Assembly (NCBI RefSeq): GCF_009834535.1
Contig: NC_045697.1
Coordinates: 18,912,001 to 18,976,000 of the forward strand
Source of the DNA: Camelus ferus
Lineage: Eukaryota
Reading direction: 5' to 3'
Length of the DNA stretch: 64,000 nucleotides
Position numbers and translations under genes: made by a program. The notes below the pieces were generated by a model, which saw only the letters and a program-made list of their open reading frames with translations, ran no database searches and was not told the DNA's origin. This document shows positions 52,247-64,000 of the stretch, piece after piece (position 1 is the stretch's first letter; the number at the start of each line of letters is the position of its first letter).

Positions 52247-54259
52247 AATACCTTGTATTTCTATTCATGGCCAGTGATAGCAATGCATAATAAAAAGGAA
52301 AGGAAATACACAGCCTTGTATGATAATCATGTTTTTCACTTTGGAAACAACTCTTAAGAATTATTTAAAATTATTCTAAATCTAATAGTAGCTATGCTTT
52401 AGAAAACCTATTTTCCCCCTTAATTTAGAGTATAATTCTTTGATTCACTCATAATACAACAAATGTGAGACCCTACTAAGGGCCAAGCACTAGTGAATAC
52501 ATAAATATGACATAATTTTTGCTCTTAGGAATGATAGTGCAGAAAATAAGATTCAGATAACAATCAATTTGGCATTTGCTATTCCTATATACAAGAGGCA
52601 GTTGGAGCAGAGAAAAGAACACAAGTCTGCCTATATAGGAGGTTGATAATCTCTTTAGTTGGTGCAATTATTTTTGCTCTCTTTACATCTCAAAGCAGGA
52701 CTACTAAAAATTGGGTTAAATTGGTATTTATCCAATGAGATTTTTTTTTTAGTGGTTTAGCACTAGGATTTTTGCCTGACTTGAGAATTGCTAGTTAACA
52801 GTATTACTTGGAAAGAATGGAGTCACATGTAACTACTTTTGCCTATAATTCACTGTTACTTATTTTTCTTAGTCAATGACTATGGCTTTGGTTAAACTAG
52901 AAGTGTAATGCTAAATGTTTGAAAATGTTGCTAATACTTGTGTTTGGCTAGAGGCCAGTTTTCTATTTGGGATTAAGAGTTACTTAATGGAACTATATTC
53001 TTCTTACTCATCTTTAAAAATCTATGTTACCTATGTTTTATAAATACTATTATTCAATTTTTGTATTTGAAGTACATTCCTCACTTACTAACTTAACAGC
53101 CTTATGTAAAAATCAGGAGAAAAGTTCTTACCTTTGTAATATAGAATCCTTATTTAACAATAATAAAAGAGCCATTAAATATATTCATTATTCCTACAAA
53201 CTCTTGTGCATATGCATTTATTTTAAATACACACATACACACACATGCATATGTACACAAACTTTCTACAGAAAGCATTTATAAGGTCTATGTTAAAAGG
53301 ATCAGCATTCTTCCATAAGGCTTTATGAAAAGGAGGGGGTCATATATCTGATACTGTTGTCTGCTATATATAATAATGAATCATATTAAATGAGGGTTCT
53401 GCTAAATAGACATTTTCTACAGCTTATTTCTAAAAGAAAAAAAACAATCTTCACCTGAAGTGTGTCCATGAAGCGTGCATCAGATAGACGCCCTGTGAAA
53501 AAGAGGGCATCGTTGCCTTTGTTGTCAAATAAGGTTTGGGAAAGTCTGTGCCATATACCTTTTTAAGATACACAGTGTATGTTCCTGTCTTAAAGACTGT
53601 GGGAAGTCCTAAATTAACTTCTAGTGCAGCCTCTCCCCAACTCATTTCACTAGGGATCTTTTTTTCCCAAGCAAGATCTATTAATATAGATGTATCTATT
53701 AATATAGTGGTCCTCAGAGTGTTCTTTGAGTAACACAGAGTGTATATTGCAAATCTGACTTCTTTGGGCTTCTTATTCTTGGACTATAGAAAACAGCACT
53801 TAGAAAAATCATTATATTTCATGTAACTGAATAAATTCTGTAGAGGAGTCTTAATTTCATACTACTTTCAGTAATACAACGCTAAGCATTCAGTAGTTTT
53901 GTCCACTTTTATAAGAGACAGGAATTGGCTGATGACTTTTGATTCTTTGGTTATTGTCTCGGCAATCAGAGCTAATTAAAATGAAACTGGTATTGTTATT
54001 TTATATGCAGTCTTTAAAATAAATATATTCAAGTACTTTAGTGATAGAAAATGATTGTATTTTGGCTGGAACCCCAAGCACTTTATTTCATCATGATATA
54101 ATCTGCTCACTAATTACTTCAGAGCCATTAGGAATAGAATAAACTGAAAGAATAGGATACTTTGATTCAAATATTCTATTTAGTAAAAGCAGCTTTATGG
54201 ATAATTTTTTAATCTAAAAAACTAACACTGAAAATAGTAACAAATGGAAACTAGAAGTA

Positions 54260-55348
54260 CAGTACCACTTTATATTTAGCTGGGCTAAACCTGGATATCA
54301 CAGAATAGGCTTTCTTTCTAGAAAACCATTAAAACCTTAGCCCAGGACAGGTCTCCTTCTCCCTCATGTCCAGATCTCACACTGGGGCCCGCTTGTCCCC
54401 CTTATGGATGAAGGTACGATTGGGCATCTTCTTCCAGAACAAGCCCGTTTCATCACAATTGAAGATTTGCTCTGGAGGGTAGCCTTTCTCTTCTATAAAT
54501 TTTTTGAGCTCTTCCGGGAATGCTGCAGCTGCCTTGGCATCAGTCACTGCTGATTCTCCCGTGATCTTTAAGTTCTTACGGCTGCAGCACTTTACATAAC
54601 TAGCCAGCCATCCCTTACTGTGGAAGAATGCTGATCCTTACTAGACTTAATCGAACTCCTGCGTTCTTCTGTGCCCGCCTTGCGGTAGTGCTCGAAGAGA
54701 CTAAGTGCTTTCTCACACATAATTTTGCCATTAACAAGGATATATATGCTTCTGTGACATCCTCCAGCCACACACCTGATACCTTCTCAGACTTTGCAAG
54801 CACTTGGTCACAAACCAGAGACCATTTTTGCTGTTGTTGGGGCAGCACTAACACTTCCACAAATTTCAGCTTCTTTCTACTTTGTTTTGCAAATGCTTGA
54901 TTTGTTCTTACCAATCTTATAGCCCACCTTGGCAAGCAATATGCCACTTTTACAGAAGATCTAAGATTTTTATTTTCTTATTGAGAGATAGCACTTTATG
55001 CTCCCTCTTAGTTTTTGCTGGATTGTTTTGACCACTTCATTGCTCTTTAGGAGCCATTTTTCACAGAAACAATGGGCGCACACAACGTAAGCAATGCATG
55101 AGTGAGACACAAGGTAAACAACACTCAACACAAGTGCTGGAGAGAGGCTGAGGGTCCAGGAAGTGGCGGGAGATTACAGGAGGGACTGCCAGCACATCAG
55201 TTCACTGTTGCAGATTCAGTGTAGTGCTTGGCACACAGCAAATTCAAGTTTTGCTTTTTGGAACTTTCTGAAATTTTTTTTCAAGTATTTTCAATCTGCA
55301 GTTGGCTGAAGCCACGATGTGGAACCCACAAATATGGAGGGTGGACTG
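54260..55348 (-). mobile_element. Internally deleted Tigger/pogo DNA transposon (MER2-type terminus) with transposase fossil
   Basis: Minus strand from ATG at ~55057: MAPK..HKVLSLNKKIKILDL (psq-HTH), EKALSLF..KSSKGWL (CENP-B HTH), ITGESAVTDAKAAAAFPEELKKFIEEKGYPPEQIFNCDETGLFWKKMPNRTFI (first D of DDE); TA-flanked ends CAGTACCAC.. and ..GGAGGGTGGACTG. Confidence 0.9.
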
Positions 55349-55351
55349 TAG

Positions 55352-55960
55352 TATCAGTAGCGCTGCTGTGAATATTCTTGTATAAGTCTCTTGGTGCACA
55401 TCGGTACACATTAGGGTGTACACCTGACAGTGATGTGCTGCTGACTGTCCTAGGGTGTGCATATAGTCAGTGTTAGTAGATGTTGCCAAACAGTTTTCCA
55501 AGGTGATTGTACTAATTTACACTCCACCACCTTTGTACGAGAAGCTTATTTGCTCCATTTTCTTTACATTTAAAATTCTTGGTCTTTTTCATTTTAGCCA
55601 TTGTGGTGAGTGCGCATTTCATAATGGTTTTAATTGCACTTCTCTGTTGATTAATGTGGTTGAACATCTGTTCGTGTGTTCATTGGTCCTTTGGATCACC
55701 CCTTTTGTAAAGGACCTGTTCACATCTTCTGCCTATTTGTGACTTACCTGTGCTTTATCTGTTCTGAATATAAGTCTTTTGCTGGATATACGTATTGTAA
55801 AATATTTTCTCCCTCTCTCTGACTTACTTTTTCACTCTCAATAGTGTCTTTTGATGAACAGAAAGTTTTTGGTTTTAATGTAATCCAGTTTATGAGGTTT
55901 TTTTCATTATGATTAGCACTTAGGAAACAAATCTGCTTCTCCCACATAATCTTTCTAAAT
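55352..55960 (-). mobile_element. Ancient L1ME-type ORF2 C-terminal fragment
   Basis: gctgctgtgaatattcttgta..ccaaacagttttccaa..ggttttaattgcac..ttttgatgaacagaaag; peptide LINWITLKPKTFCSSKDTI. Confidence 0.75.
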
Positions 55961-56397
55961 GGCATTTGTATACTGGGATTTTACCTGTATAGTGTTAAGG
56001 CTTTTATTAGATATGCTTTCATGGTAGATTAGAGTAGAAGTAGGGATTTGCAAATGAAGCTGTCAACAGGTTTAGTTTTTAGGGAAAAAAAAATCAAAGA
56101 TGATTGGACAGAAAAATTTGTGTTGTGAGAAGATACTCTGTATTATTTGAACAAAGGAAAGGCATTTATACGTTTTTTCTTCTAATTAAATGTGCTTAAC
56201 TTCCTTTTAATTTCTACAAACTAAACAATTTAAAAAAAAGATTTTTCTACATGTAAAGAGAAATATTCTTATAGTTTCCTATAGAGCCATTCAGCTTTGA
56301 AAATAATTAAGTGTCAATACCAGAGAAAAATAGATAATACTGTTCTAAATGTGGCTGATCATATTTGTGTCTGATTATTTTATTTTATCATTTTTAG

Positions 56398-56436
56398 AAC
56401 TTTTTGAAAATGAGCATGTACGTATTGGGCAAAAAG
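56398..56436 (+). CDS. TBC1D19: TBC1D19 exon (probable exon 10, 39 nt)
   Basis: tttttag|AACTT...AAAAG|gtaagc; (E)LFENEHVRIGQK(V); phase 1 to 1. Confidence 0.93.
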
Positions 56437-57979
56437 GTAAGCTTTTGATTTGCTTACTATAATTTCTGAAAATGAGACAGTCCTAAGTAAATGTCTGCAT
56501 AGTATACCCTCAACTGAAATTTAATCTCTGAAAAGCTAAAAACCTAAAAAGGAATAATATTTAACGATGTAGATAAGACAATGGGAACCTTAATAAAGAG
56601 GGGAAATGCATCATTTTGGCTTTTCCAATAAATGTTAGATAAAGCAGTACACAGATGGTTCACTAAAAGGAAATAAATGCAGGCACACATTCCTCAAGGA
56701 AGTTAGCTTAATCCGTTCAACGGTAGAATTTCATTTTAAAATCAAAGAGGCAGGTTCTCTCTTTGATGTGCTCACACACTTCTTATTAGTGTTAATAGGA
56801 ATATGCTTCTGCATCAGGAGAAAATAATAACTGTCTCACTTCCTGATGTCTGTTCACAATGGCAGGAGTTAGTAATTGAAGCAGCTCTTAGCGTTCTGGA
56901 GAATAAATTTTCCCCATCTTTTGAAGATTCTTTTCCTTGTTTTTATAAATCCTGTTTTGCCTTTGAAATAGGAAATGCAGATAAGTCTTTGTATCAGAAT
57001 GAACTTTCTGTGGCAATTATGTTATCATGTTCTAAACTCCCTGGTTCAGTTTTTCAGAATTTTATTTATTTCAAAGACTTCATTTTATGATTCGATATTT
57101 TCATTAAACACAGTTGCAAATTGAAGAATATGTTTCATCTCTTTTTATTTCATATGGTCCTTTTATTTCTTTTGGTCTTATCATTTTCATTTAGTGAAAG
57201 ATTTTTTTTTCCCTTTTCTTTTAAAAAAATATAGGAAAACAATATTGTTAGACAAATATCAGCAGTTGTCTAGTTTGCCTTCTTTTGTGGGGTTTTTTGT
57301 TTTGTTTTGTTTGTTTGGGGGGGTGCTTAATTTCCAGATTTAATAGCTAGTATTGTCATGAAAATGAAAATGAAAGCAAAAGGATAATATATTAATTTTG
57401 TGAACCTGACTGTGAACAATTTTTGGCCTTCGTAGAAGATTGTCAGATCTTTTTTGTTTTTACTTCTTTAAAAATCCCTCTTTTCTGTTGATTTTGGCAA
57501 AAAGCTAAAAAAAAATCTAATAGGATGGATATCTACATCCTTTATAACTCTTAGCCATAATACTTCAAATAATGTACTACTTCCAAATACTAGAACATTC
57601 ATGACTTAGTAGATAGAATACACATAAGAAATATACGGTTTCTGTAGATATGACCTTACTTGATCATGGAGTCCAAAAATTATTACATATATGCAAAACT
57701 AGTTTCAGATCCATGGAACTATAGTTAAAGCAAAGTCATCTCAAGATACCTGCTTTAAAAACTTTCCCTGGGTTGGGTAGGAGGTGGAAGAGCTTAAGGC
57801 TTAAAACTTACAGGGCTGTAAATAAGGCCACATCAAAGTTCAGGGAGTAAAAGGTGTGATGTAAGTATGTTCGATGTAAAGATAAAATGTTAGCTTCCCA
57901 AAAGATTTTTAATGAAATATTTCAGTGTTATATCTTACATTATGAATTTCCTAATGAGATTTTAATACACTTTTGACAG

Positions 57980-58092
57980 TTCTAGCAGAGCAAGATAGTG
58001 CTGCCGCTCAGCAGTATGTCAGGCAAGGAAGCCCCACAGCGCTGAGAGCTGAACTGTGGGCTCTCATTTTGAATATTTCCAGTCAACCTGAG
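57980..58092 (+). CDS. TBC1D19: TBC1D19 exon (probable exon 11, 113 nt; near the start of the Rab-GAP TBC domain)
   Basis: tgacag|TTCTAGCA...CCTGAG|gtaagg; (V)LAEQDSAAAQQYVRQGSPTALRAELWALILNISSQPE, with a TBC-type RxxLW motif; phase 1 to 0. Confidence 0.95.
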
Positions 58093-61000
58093 GTAAGGAG
58101 AAAACGGATGGGCCCAATTTGAGCTATTGGTATTTATTTTTCAAAGACCCTTTATTCAAAATGGAAATACTTTTTTTCTTAGTTTAGTATTTATCCCCTT
58201 TTTAATTGTCAAATTCCTTATAGTTGAATAGAGTTCTAAGACAAGATTAACATCTAATTAAATCACTGTGTGCTTAACATAGAAGTTTTTGTTATTAATA
58301 ATTGTTTGGATACTGTGAACCTATACATACAACAGAACAACAAGTAACACTTTAAGAAGTGGAGTCCACCAGCTTAGATCAGTGAAGGTGTATGATAGAA
58401 TTGGAATGTTAGAATCGGGAGAAATAAAGATGGGCAACTCGGTATATGTAAATGAGTACTTTGTCTCTGCAGTTACTTTCGAAATATACACTATTTTTAT
58501 GGTACTAAAAGTTGGCAGATTATGTGGGATTGTTATTTTTGTAAGTATAAGAACATTTTATTTTAGGGAATATAAAGAATACGAAGAGAAATCACCAACA
58601 GGTAGGTAATAGATCAATAAAGAAAAACTATATAAGACCTAGATTCTTTTTGAAATATTTTAGGGTGTCTTTTTTTTTTTGCATAAGCTTATTGGTCCTT
58701 TGAGTCATCTGTGTGAAGATTTTAATAAATAGCAAACTAACAGTTCCCTAGCCTAGTGGTTAAAAATGTGGGTTTTGTTTGGAATCATATGACCTGGTTT
58801 CAACTCCTAGCTCCCCCGACTTATTTGAAGTAACTCATTGAGTGAGCAAAGTTTCTTCAAATTTCAACTTTCCCATACTTAAATATGGTTAATAATATTT
58901 ATATCACAGAGTAGTTGTGAGAGTTAAATGAAATCTATATGAGTCTTTTATTAACACAGTACCTGAGATAACTGGTCACCATTAATGGTAGCAATAATAA
59001 TTACATATTACATGTAATTATGTTATAAATTAATTATAATTTATAATAATGCAGTTTTTTAAGAAAATCAAACATTATTAACATCTATTATAAAGATTAC
59101 ACACTTAACTTTTGCAAATTACATATGCATGCATGCCTATATGTGTATGAAAGAAAGAGCATTTTAAATCTCCCTCTGTGAACAGCACAGTCAAAAATCA
59201 CCTAATTCCTTTTTGAAAGACTAAACTTTGTCATTTATTTTAGAGCAGTTTTAAACCAAATTATACTGCTGAATTTTTGTAGGGACATTTTAAAAGTAAC
59301 AGTTTACAAAACAGATTTGAATGTACGTTGAGTATTTTTTGTGACTGTATCAATTCTTGTACAAGTGGCAAGTCTTGTCCTGATCTACTGTGTAGATGAC
59401 CTGCCAGCTTCACTCAGGAGCTAGGTTAAGAAATCCTGTCTCTGCAGAGGAACTAACAACTACCATTTCAAAAACAGATTTAGAATTTTTCCAGAAATAT
59501 CACTGTAGAATGAAAGCAGTAATCTTGGATAATGATTGTTATTATAATGTTTAAAGGCAGTTTTTACACTTGAAATCTGCAGCTAATAGTTATCTTAATT
59601 TTCTGTAGGCAAAATGACAAATATGTAATTACATTATAGGACAAGGTGAGATCTGTAAATAGATATGTAAATAGAAATTAATATTATCAGAAAGGCAATC
59701 TTGATTTTATTGAATCACTTCGTCACTTACACTTATTTTCAGCTGTAAAGTGTGACCTAAACAAACTGTAGCAGTTCCAAAATAATTGTTGTAGGTGGTA
59801 CTTTAGAGGGGGAAGGGAAGGGAGGAAAAAAGGAAGAATACTTTTTTTGAAGAATACATTATCAGAAATTTTTGTTCAGTTACTTTTCAATCAGTTAAAA
59901 TAAACTACACATACAAATGCATCCTAATTGAGGAGTTAGATAAATGGAATATTTCACATTTCATACCCATAAAGCCATTTTTAAAATTAAATCTCAATGG
60001 AAAGACTTGGGATATAATGCTTTAAGTTCCTAGCAGTTAGTTTATTTGGTACTTTCACTAGAACATTATCTGTGATTATTTTTCTCTTTTTAAGAAAGTA
60101 TGTGATTTTTAAAAGGATTGCTTTTACATTATTTTCTACCAATCTCTAGGTGTATATCAAAATATCCATATTCATATTTAATTTTTTTGCCTTAATTTCA
60201 GTTTGCTGAGTAAGTGAAGACAGAAAATTTTGTTACACTTTATTCTACGTTCTTGCTTACTGAGAGAATAGCCAAGATGAGTAGTAACATTTAACATTTT
60301 CTTTAATGATTTCATAATAAGGTTCTCCACAACCTCACCTCAAAGGCTACAACAATGCTTCCTAAATCTTTCTGGTCAGCTCATCTAGTCTTCACAATGC
60401 CTGTTTCCGGCCTTCACTCTCCTCACCACTTCTTCTCAGAATGTTAGCAAACGATCTCACCTTCTCCTATCCAGAGGAAACAGAAGTCTTTAGAAGAAAC
60501 TCATTTTAATTCCTTCCACCAAATCTGTAAACCTAGTTACATCACACCTGTTCTTGCCTCCTCTACTTTTACAGCTAAACCTTGTGAAAGAAAAGTCTAT
60601 GCTGGATGCTCCTGCTTCCTTAATTTCATCAGTCACTCAGTCTGCCAGTCTGGCGTACACCCCACTACATGCCCGGAACTGTCCTAGTAAAGTTACCGAG
60701 GAACCATGGACACATTCTAGTCTTTACATCTACCGCATTTGATCCTGTTGTCTACTCTGTCCTTGAAATATTCTTGGTCTTTAATCACCATGTTTTCTTA
60801 GTTGTTCTTTCCCTCTTTTTCTTCTCTTTTTTTTTCAAGTCTGTATTTGAGTTCCTCTGCTGTACCGTAAGTGCTTGAATTTCTCAGAATTCCATTTTTT
60901 TCTCCTTAATGTCATTTCTTTATTGTTTTAGAATCCAGTCAGTATCCCACATTGCATTGAATTGTTTTGTCTCCTTAACCTTTGACAGTTCCCCATTCTT

Positions 61001-62370
61001 TTCTTTATTTCATGATCTTCACACCTTTGAAGAATTCAGAATTCCATTTTGATCCTCTTTTGATCCTATGCATTTTCCCTGGACTATCTCATCCACAAGT
61101 CCCTCTTACCTAATGGCTTCAATTCTGTTTTCAACCAAACTTAAGCCTAAAAGTTTTATTCTCAGTTGCCTGCAGAACTCCAGTACATGCTCTGAAGTGT
61201 ATCAGACTGCTGATGTCTAAAAGAAAAGGCGTAATCTTTACCTCAGTGTGTTTGTGGTCATCCAAGAGATGCTGTATTGTCTCTCTTCCCACGATGCTGT
61301 TCTCTCCCTGAAAAAACTTTCTCAGACTTTTGTCTTCTTAGATACTTCTGCACTTCTTTCATGTGTAGCTTGTTCCATCACCTTTTCTGAGAAGACTTCC
61401 TGACTTCTCCTTACTTTGTCTTCTCCCAACTCCATCACTGCCACAGTTAGATACTTCCTTCTTCTTTTCTCCCACCATAATGAGGACAGGAGCAATGACC
61501 TAAAGACAGAGAATCATATATCATACCTCTTACTGTATTTGGCTGTCTCCCTTTCTAGATTGAGTACCTAAGGACAGGAATTTTTTTTTTCTTCATCAAC
61601 TCTAATGTCAATATCTTGAACAGTGACTAGAAATGGTAGGCCCATGTAAATGCTCAATGAATAATTAACTGTAAAATGTTAGAAGTGTTCTGTGCGTTCT
61701 TTGATTTCCTGAGAGTACATTTCCTTTTTCCTTTAGTTAAAAAGATAGTTTAAGTCTGCATAAAACACCAAATAAATACATATACTAAAATTTAAATATT
61801 CTCTGATGCTGAAAATTTGCTTTATCTTGTTTTTCAGAGATTGCTTTTTATAATCATAACTTATTACTCTTAAATATCAATATTGTCAGAGCTTATACAA
61901 GGTACTCTTAAAATATCCTATTATATTGTTGGCAATTGTTGTATTTTATAAATGCTTGTGTGTTTTATAGAATAAATTTAAAATACTAATATAAAATTGT
62001 CCCTTATCATTATAACATTATGTTGTAATTTTGACTCTTCTATCTATGTATTTCCTTCATTTTATATGAATAAATTACACTAAAAACTATTGAAACCAAA
62101 TACCATAGACTGGGAATTAGGAGGACTAATTCAGTCCCTAGATATTTCTGTAATTTTGGCTAAGGCAGTTAACTTGGCCAGATCTCATTTTCTTAATGTA
62201 CGAATAAGAAAAATGGATGAAGTTTATCTAAGGTCCCTTCTAGGTCTCAAATTCTCTGATATATTTTTCTTTTTTCTCTAGAAATGAAAGTAGATTTTTG
62301 TTAGTAACTCTCTTCTATGTCTAAAGTTAAACATTAAGTTATCCACAATTTTCTGAAGATACATATATAT

Positions 62371-62504
62371 TTTGGGTTTTTTTGGGGGGGTAATTAGGTT
62401 TGTTTATTTATTTGTTTATTTATTTAATGGAGGTACTGAGGATTGAACCCAAGATCTCATGCATGCTACACATGCGGTCTACCACTGAGTTATACCCCAA
62501 CTCC
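62371..62504 (-). mobile_element. tRNA-derived camelid SINE (Vic-1-like)
   Basis: Reverse complement GGGGTATAACTCAGTGGTAGA..GGGTTCAATCCTCAGTACCTCC + TAAA repeats + CCTAATTACCCCC; TSD TCTGAAGATA at 62352 and 62505. Confidence 0.88.
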
Positions 62505-62894
62505 TCTGAAGATATCTTTCTTATGGAAGCATACTGTACTAAAATTAGAATTTTAGTGATTTCCTTTTATTAAAATATTTATTTTCTAGCTTGGTCATGA
62601 AGCATATTTGTTATTAATTTATAATGAGAAGGATTATAAATGCAATTACAAACAAATTATTATTTAGAATAGCAATTAAAATGAAATTCCCTGTGGGAAT
62701 TTATAAGTTATAGCTAATCATGCAGGTATAAATACATGCCTGCAGTATATATTATCTAAAGAAATATTTCCTTTAATTAATTTTACTTTGCTCTTTTATG
62801 TTAATATAAATGTAAACCAAGACAACTTTTAAATAACAAAATAAAAGTAATAAATTAAAATTATTCAAACTGTTCTAAAGCAATATTTCTTTAT

Positions 62895-64000
62895 TAAGAC
62901 TAGATTTTTTAGAGCAGTTTTAAGTTTACAGCAAAATTGAGGGGAAGATACAGAGATCTCTCATACCTTCTACCCTGACACATGGGTAGCCTCCCCAGTT
63001 ATTAACATCTTCCGCCAGAGTGGTACATTTGTTACAACTGATTGAACTTGTACTGACACATCATAATCACTCAAAGTCCAATGTTCCCATTAAGGTTCAT
63101 CTTGGTGTACTTTCTATGGGTTTGTATGTATAATATTATACATAACATATAATAACATATATGTTATGTATAATATTATAATAACATATAATAACATATG
63201 TATAATAACAGGTAGTGTTTTCACTGCTATAAAAAAATTCTCCTAGCTCCATCCTCCCCTTTTCCCCCAACTCCCCTCTGTCCCCATAGTTTTGCCTTTT
63301 ATAGAACGTCATATAGTTGAATTGTATATTTTGTAGCCTTTTCAGATTGGATTCTTTCACTTAGTAATACATATTTAAGGTTTCTCCATGTCTTTTCATG
63401 GCTTGATAGTTTTCGTTTCTTTTTGGTGCTGAATAATCCATTGTCTGACTGTACCACAGTTTATTCATTCACCTACTGAAGGACACCTTGGTTGCTTTCA
63501 AGTTTTGGCAATTATCAATAAAGCTGTTGTCAACACCTGCATGTAGGTTTTTGTGTGGACACAGTTTTCAGCTCCTTTGGGTAAAAACCAAGGAGCACAA
63601 CTGCTGAACCATATGGTAAGAGAATGCTTAGTTTCGTGAAAACCACCAAACTATATTCCAAAATGGCTCTCCCAATCTGTACTTCCACCAGCAGTGAATG
63701 AGAGCCCTTGTTGCTCCATATCCACAACAGCATTTCGTGTCGTCAGTGCTGGGAATTTTGGCCATCCTACTAGACGTGTAGTGGTATCTCACTGTGGTTT
63801 TAATTTGCATTTCCCTGGTGACATATGGTGTGGAACGTCTTTCATATGCTTATTATCTGTCTATATGTCTTATTTGGTGAAGTGTCTGTTAAGGTCTTTG
63901 GCCCACTTTTTAATTGGGTTTTTTGTTTTCTTAGTGTTGAGTTTTAAGAGTTCTTTGTAAATCTGCAATAACAGTTCTTCATCAGATGTGTCTTTTGCAG
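62895..64000 (-). mobile_element. L1MB/MC-type 3' fragment running off the window end
   Basis: tttagagcagttttaagtttacagcaaaattgag..; ORF2 C-terminal peptide MQIKTTVRYHYT..KCCCGYGATRALIHCWW. Confidence 0.85.
63128..63208. repeat. AT-rich degenerate tandem repeat (ATAACATATA-like units) within L1
   Basis: tataatattatacataacatataataacatatatgttatgtataatattataataacatataataacatatgtataataac. Confidence 0.7.

Noticed and set aside
54615..54947. 110-aa ORF as a domesticated TIGD gene or processed pseudogene
   Set aside because: It is mostly an off-frame read of a frameshifted, stop-containing Tigger transposase truncated within the DDE domain; no poly-A tail or retro-TSD.
1..64000. CRISPR array, prokaryotic operon, rRNA or numt
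   Set aside because: No regularly spaced repeat-spacer array, no dense long ORFs, and no rRNA or mitochondrial motifs recognised; the remaining short track ORFs fit intronic or TE noise.

Overview
Mammalian, AT-rich, repeat-dense genomic DNA, most likely from a camelid (two Vic-1-like tRNA-derived SINEs, young camelid-type LINE-1). The window lies inside the TBC1D19 gene (+ strand) and holds 10 consecutive internal coding exons (probably exons 2-11 by human numbering). They total 717 nt with GT-AG introns and consistent phases, and splice to ASLQRPEIKLESLKEDIKEFFKISGWEKKLQNAVYSELSVFPLPSHPAAPPEHLKEPLVYMRKAQGSWEKRILKSLNSMCTELSIPLARKRPVGEQKELLNKWNEMGTDEPDLSLFRPVYAPKDFLEVLINLRNPNYENGDSLSFRTHLGLIQVPLKVKDIPELKEFFVELGLTTGQLGIDDSTQVPPELFENEHVRIGQKVLAEQDSAAAQQYVRQGSPTALRAELWALILNISSQPE. 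Introns contain a near full-length antisense L1, many L1/L2/MIR fragments, HAL1, LTRs, and Charlie and Tigger DNA transposons. The most striking structure is a pair of independently inserted, inverted L1 3' fragments bracketing the 73-nt exon 9. They match at 1220 of 1222 bp but diverge sharply at their extreme 3' ends, and one has an unusually long, diverged ~62-bp TSD. This pattern suggests gene-conversion homogenisation of a palindrome that would fold into a long dsRNA stem in the pre-mRNA. Other findings are a locally templated 23-bp insertion in a Tigger transposase fossil and two twin-primed mini-L1s sharing one inversion breakpoint motif. Repeat subfamily names come from recall of consensus motifs, not a database search.
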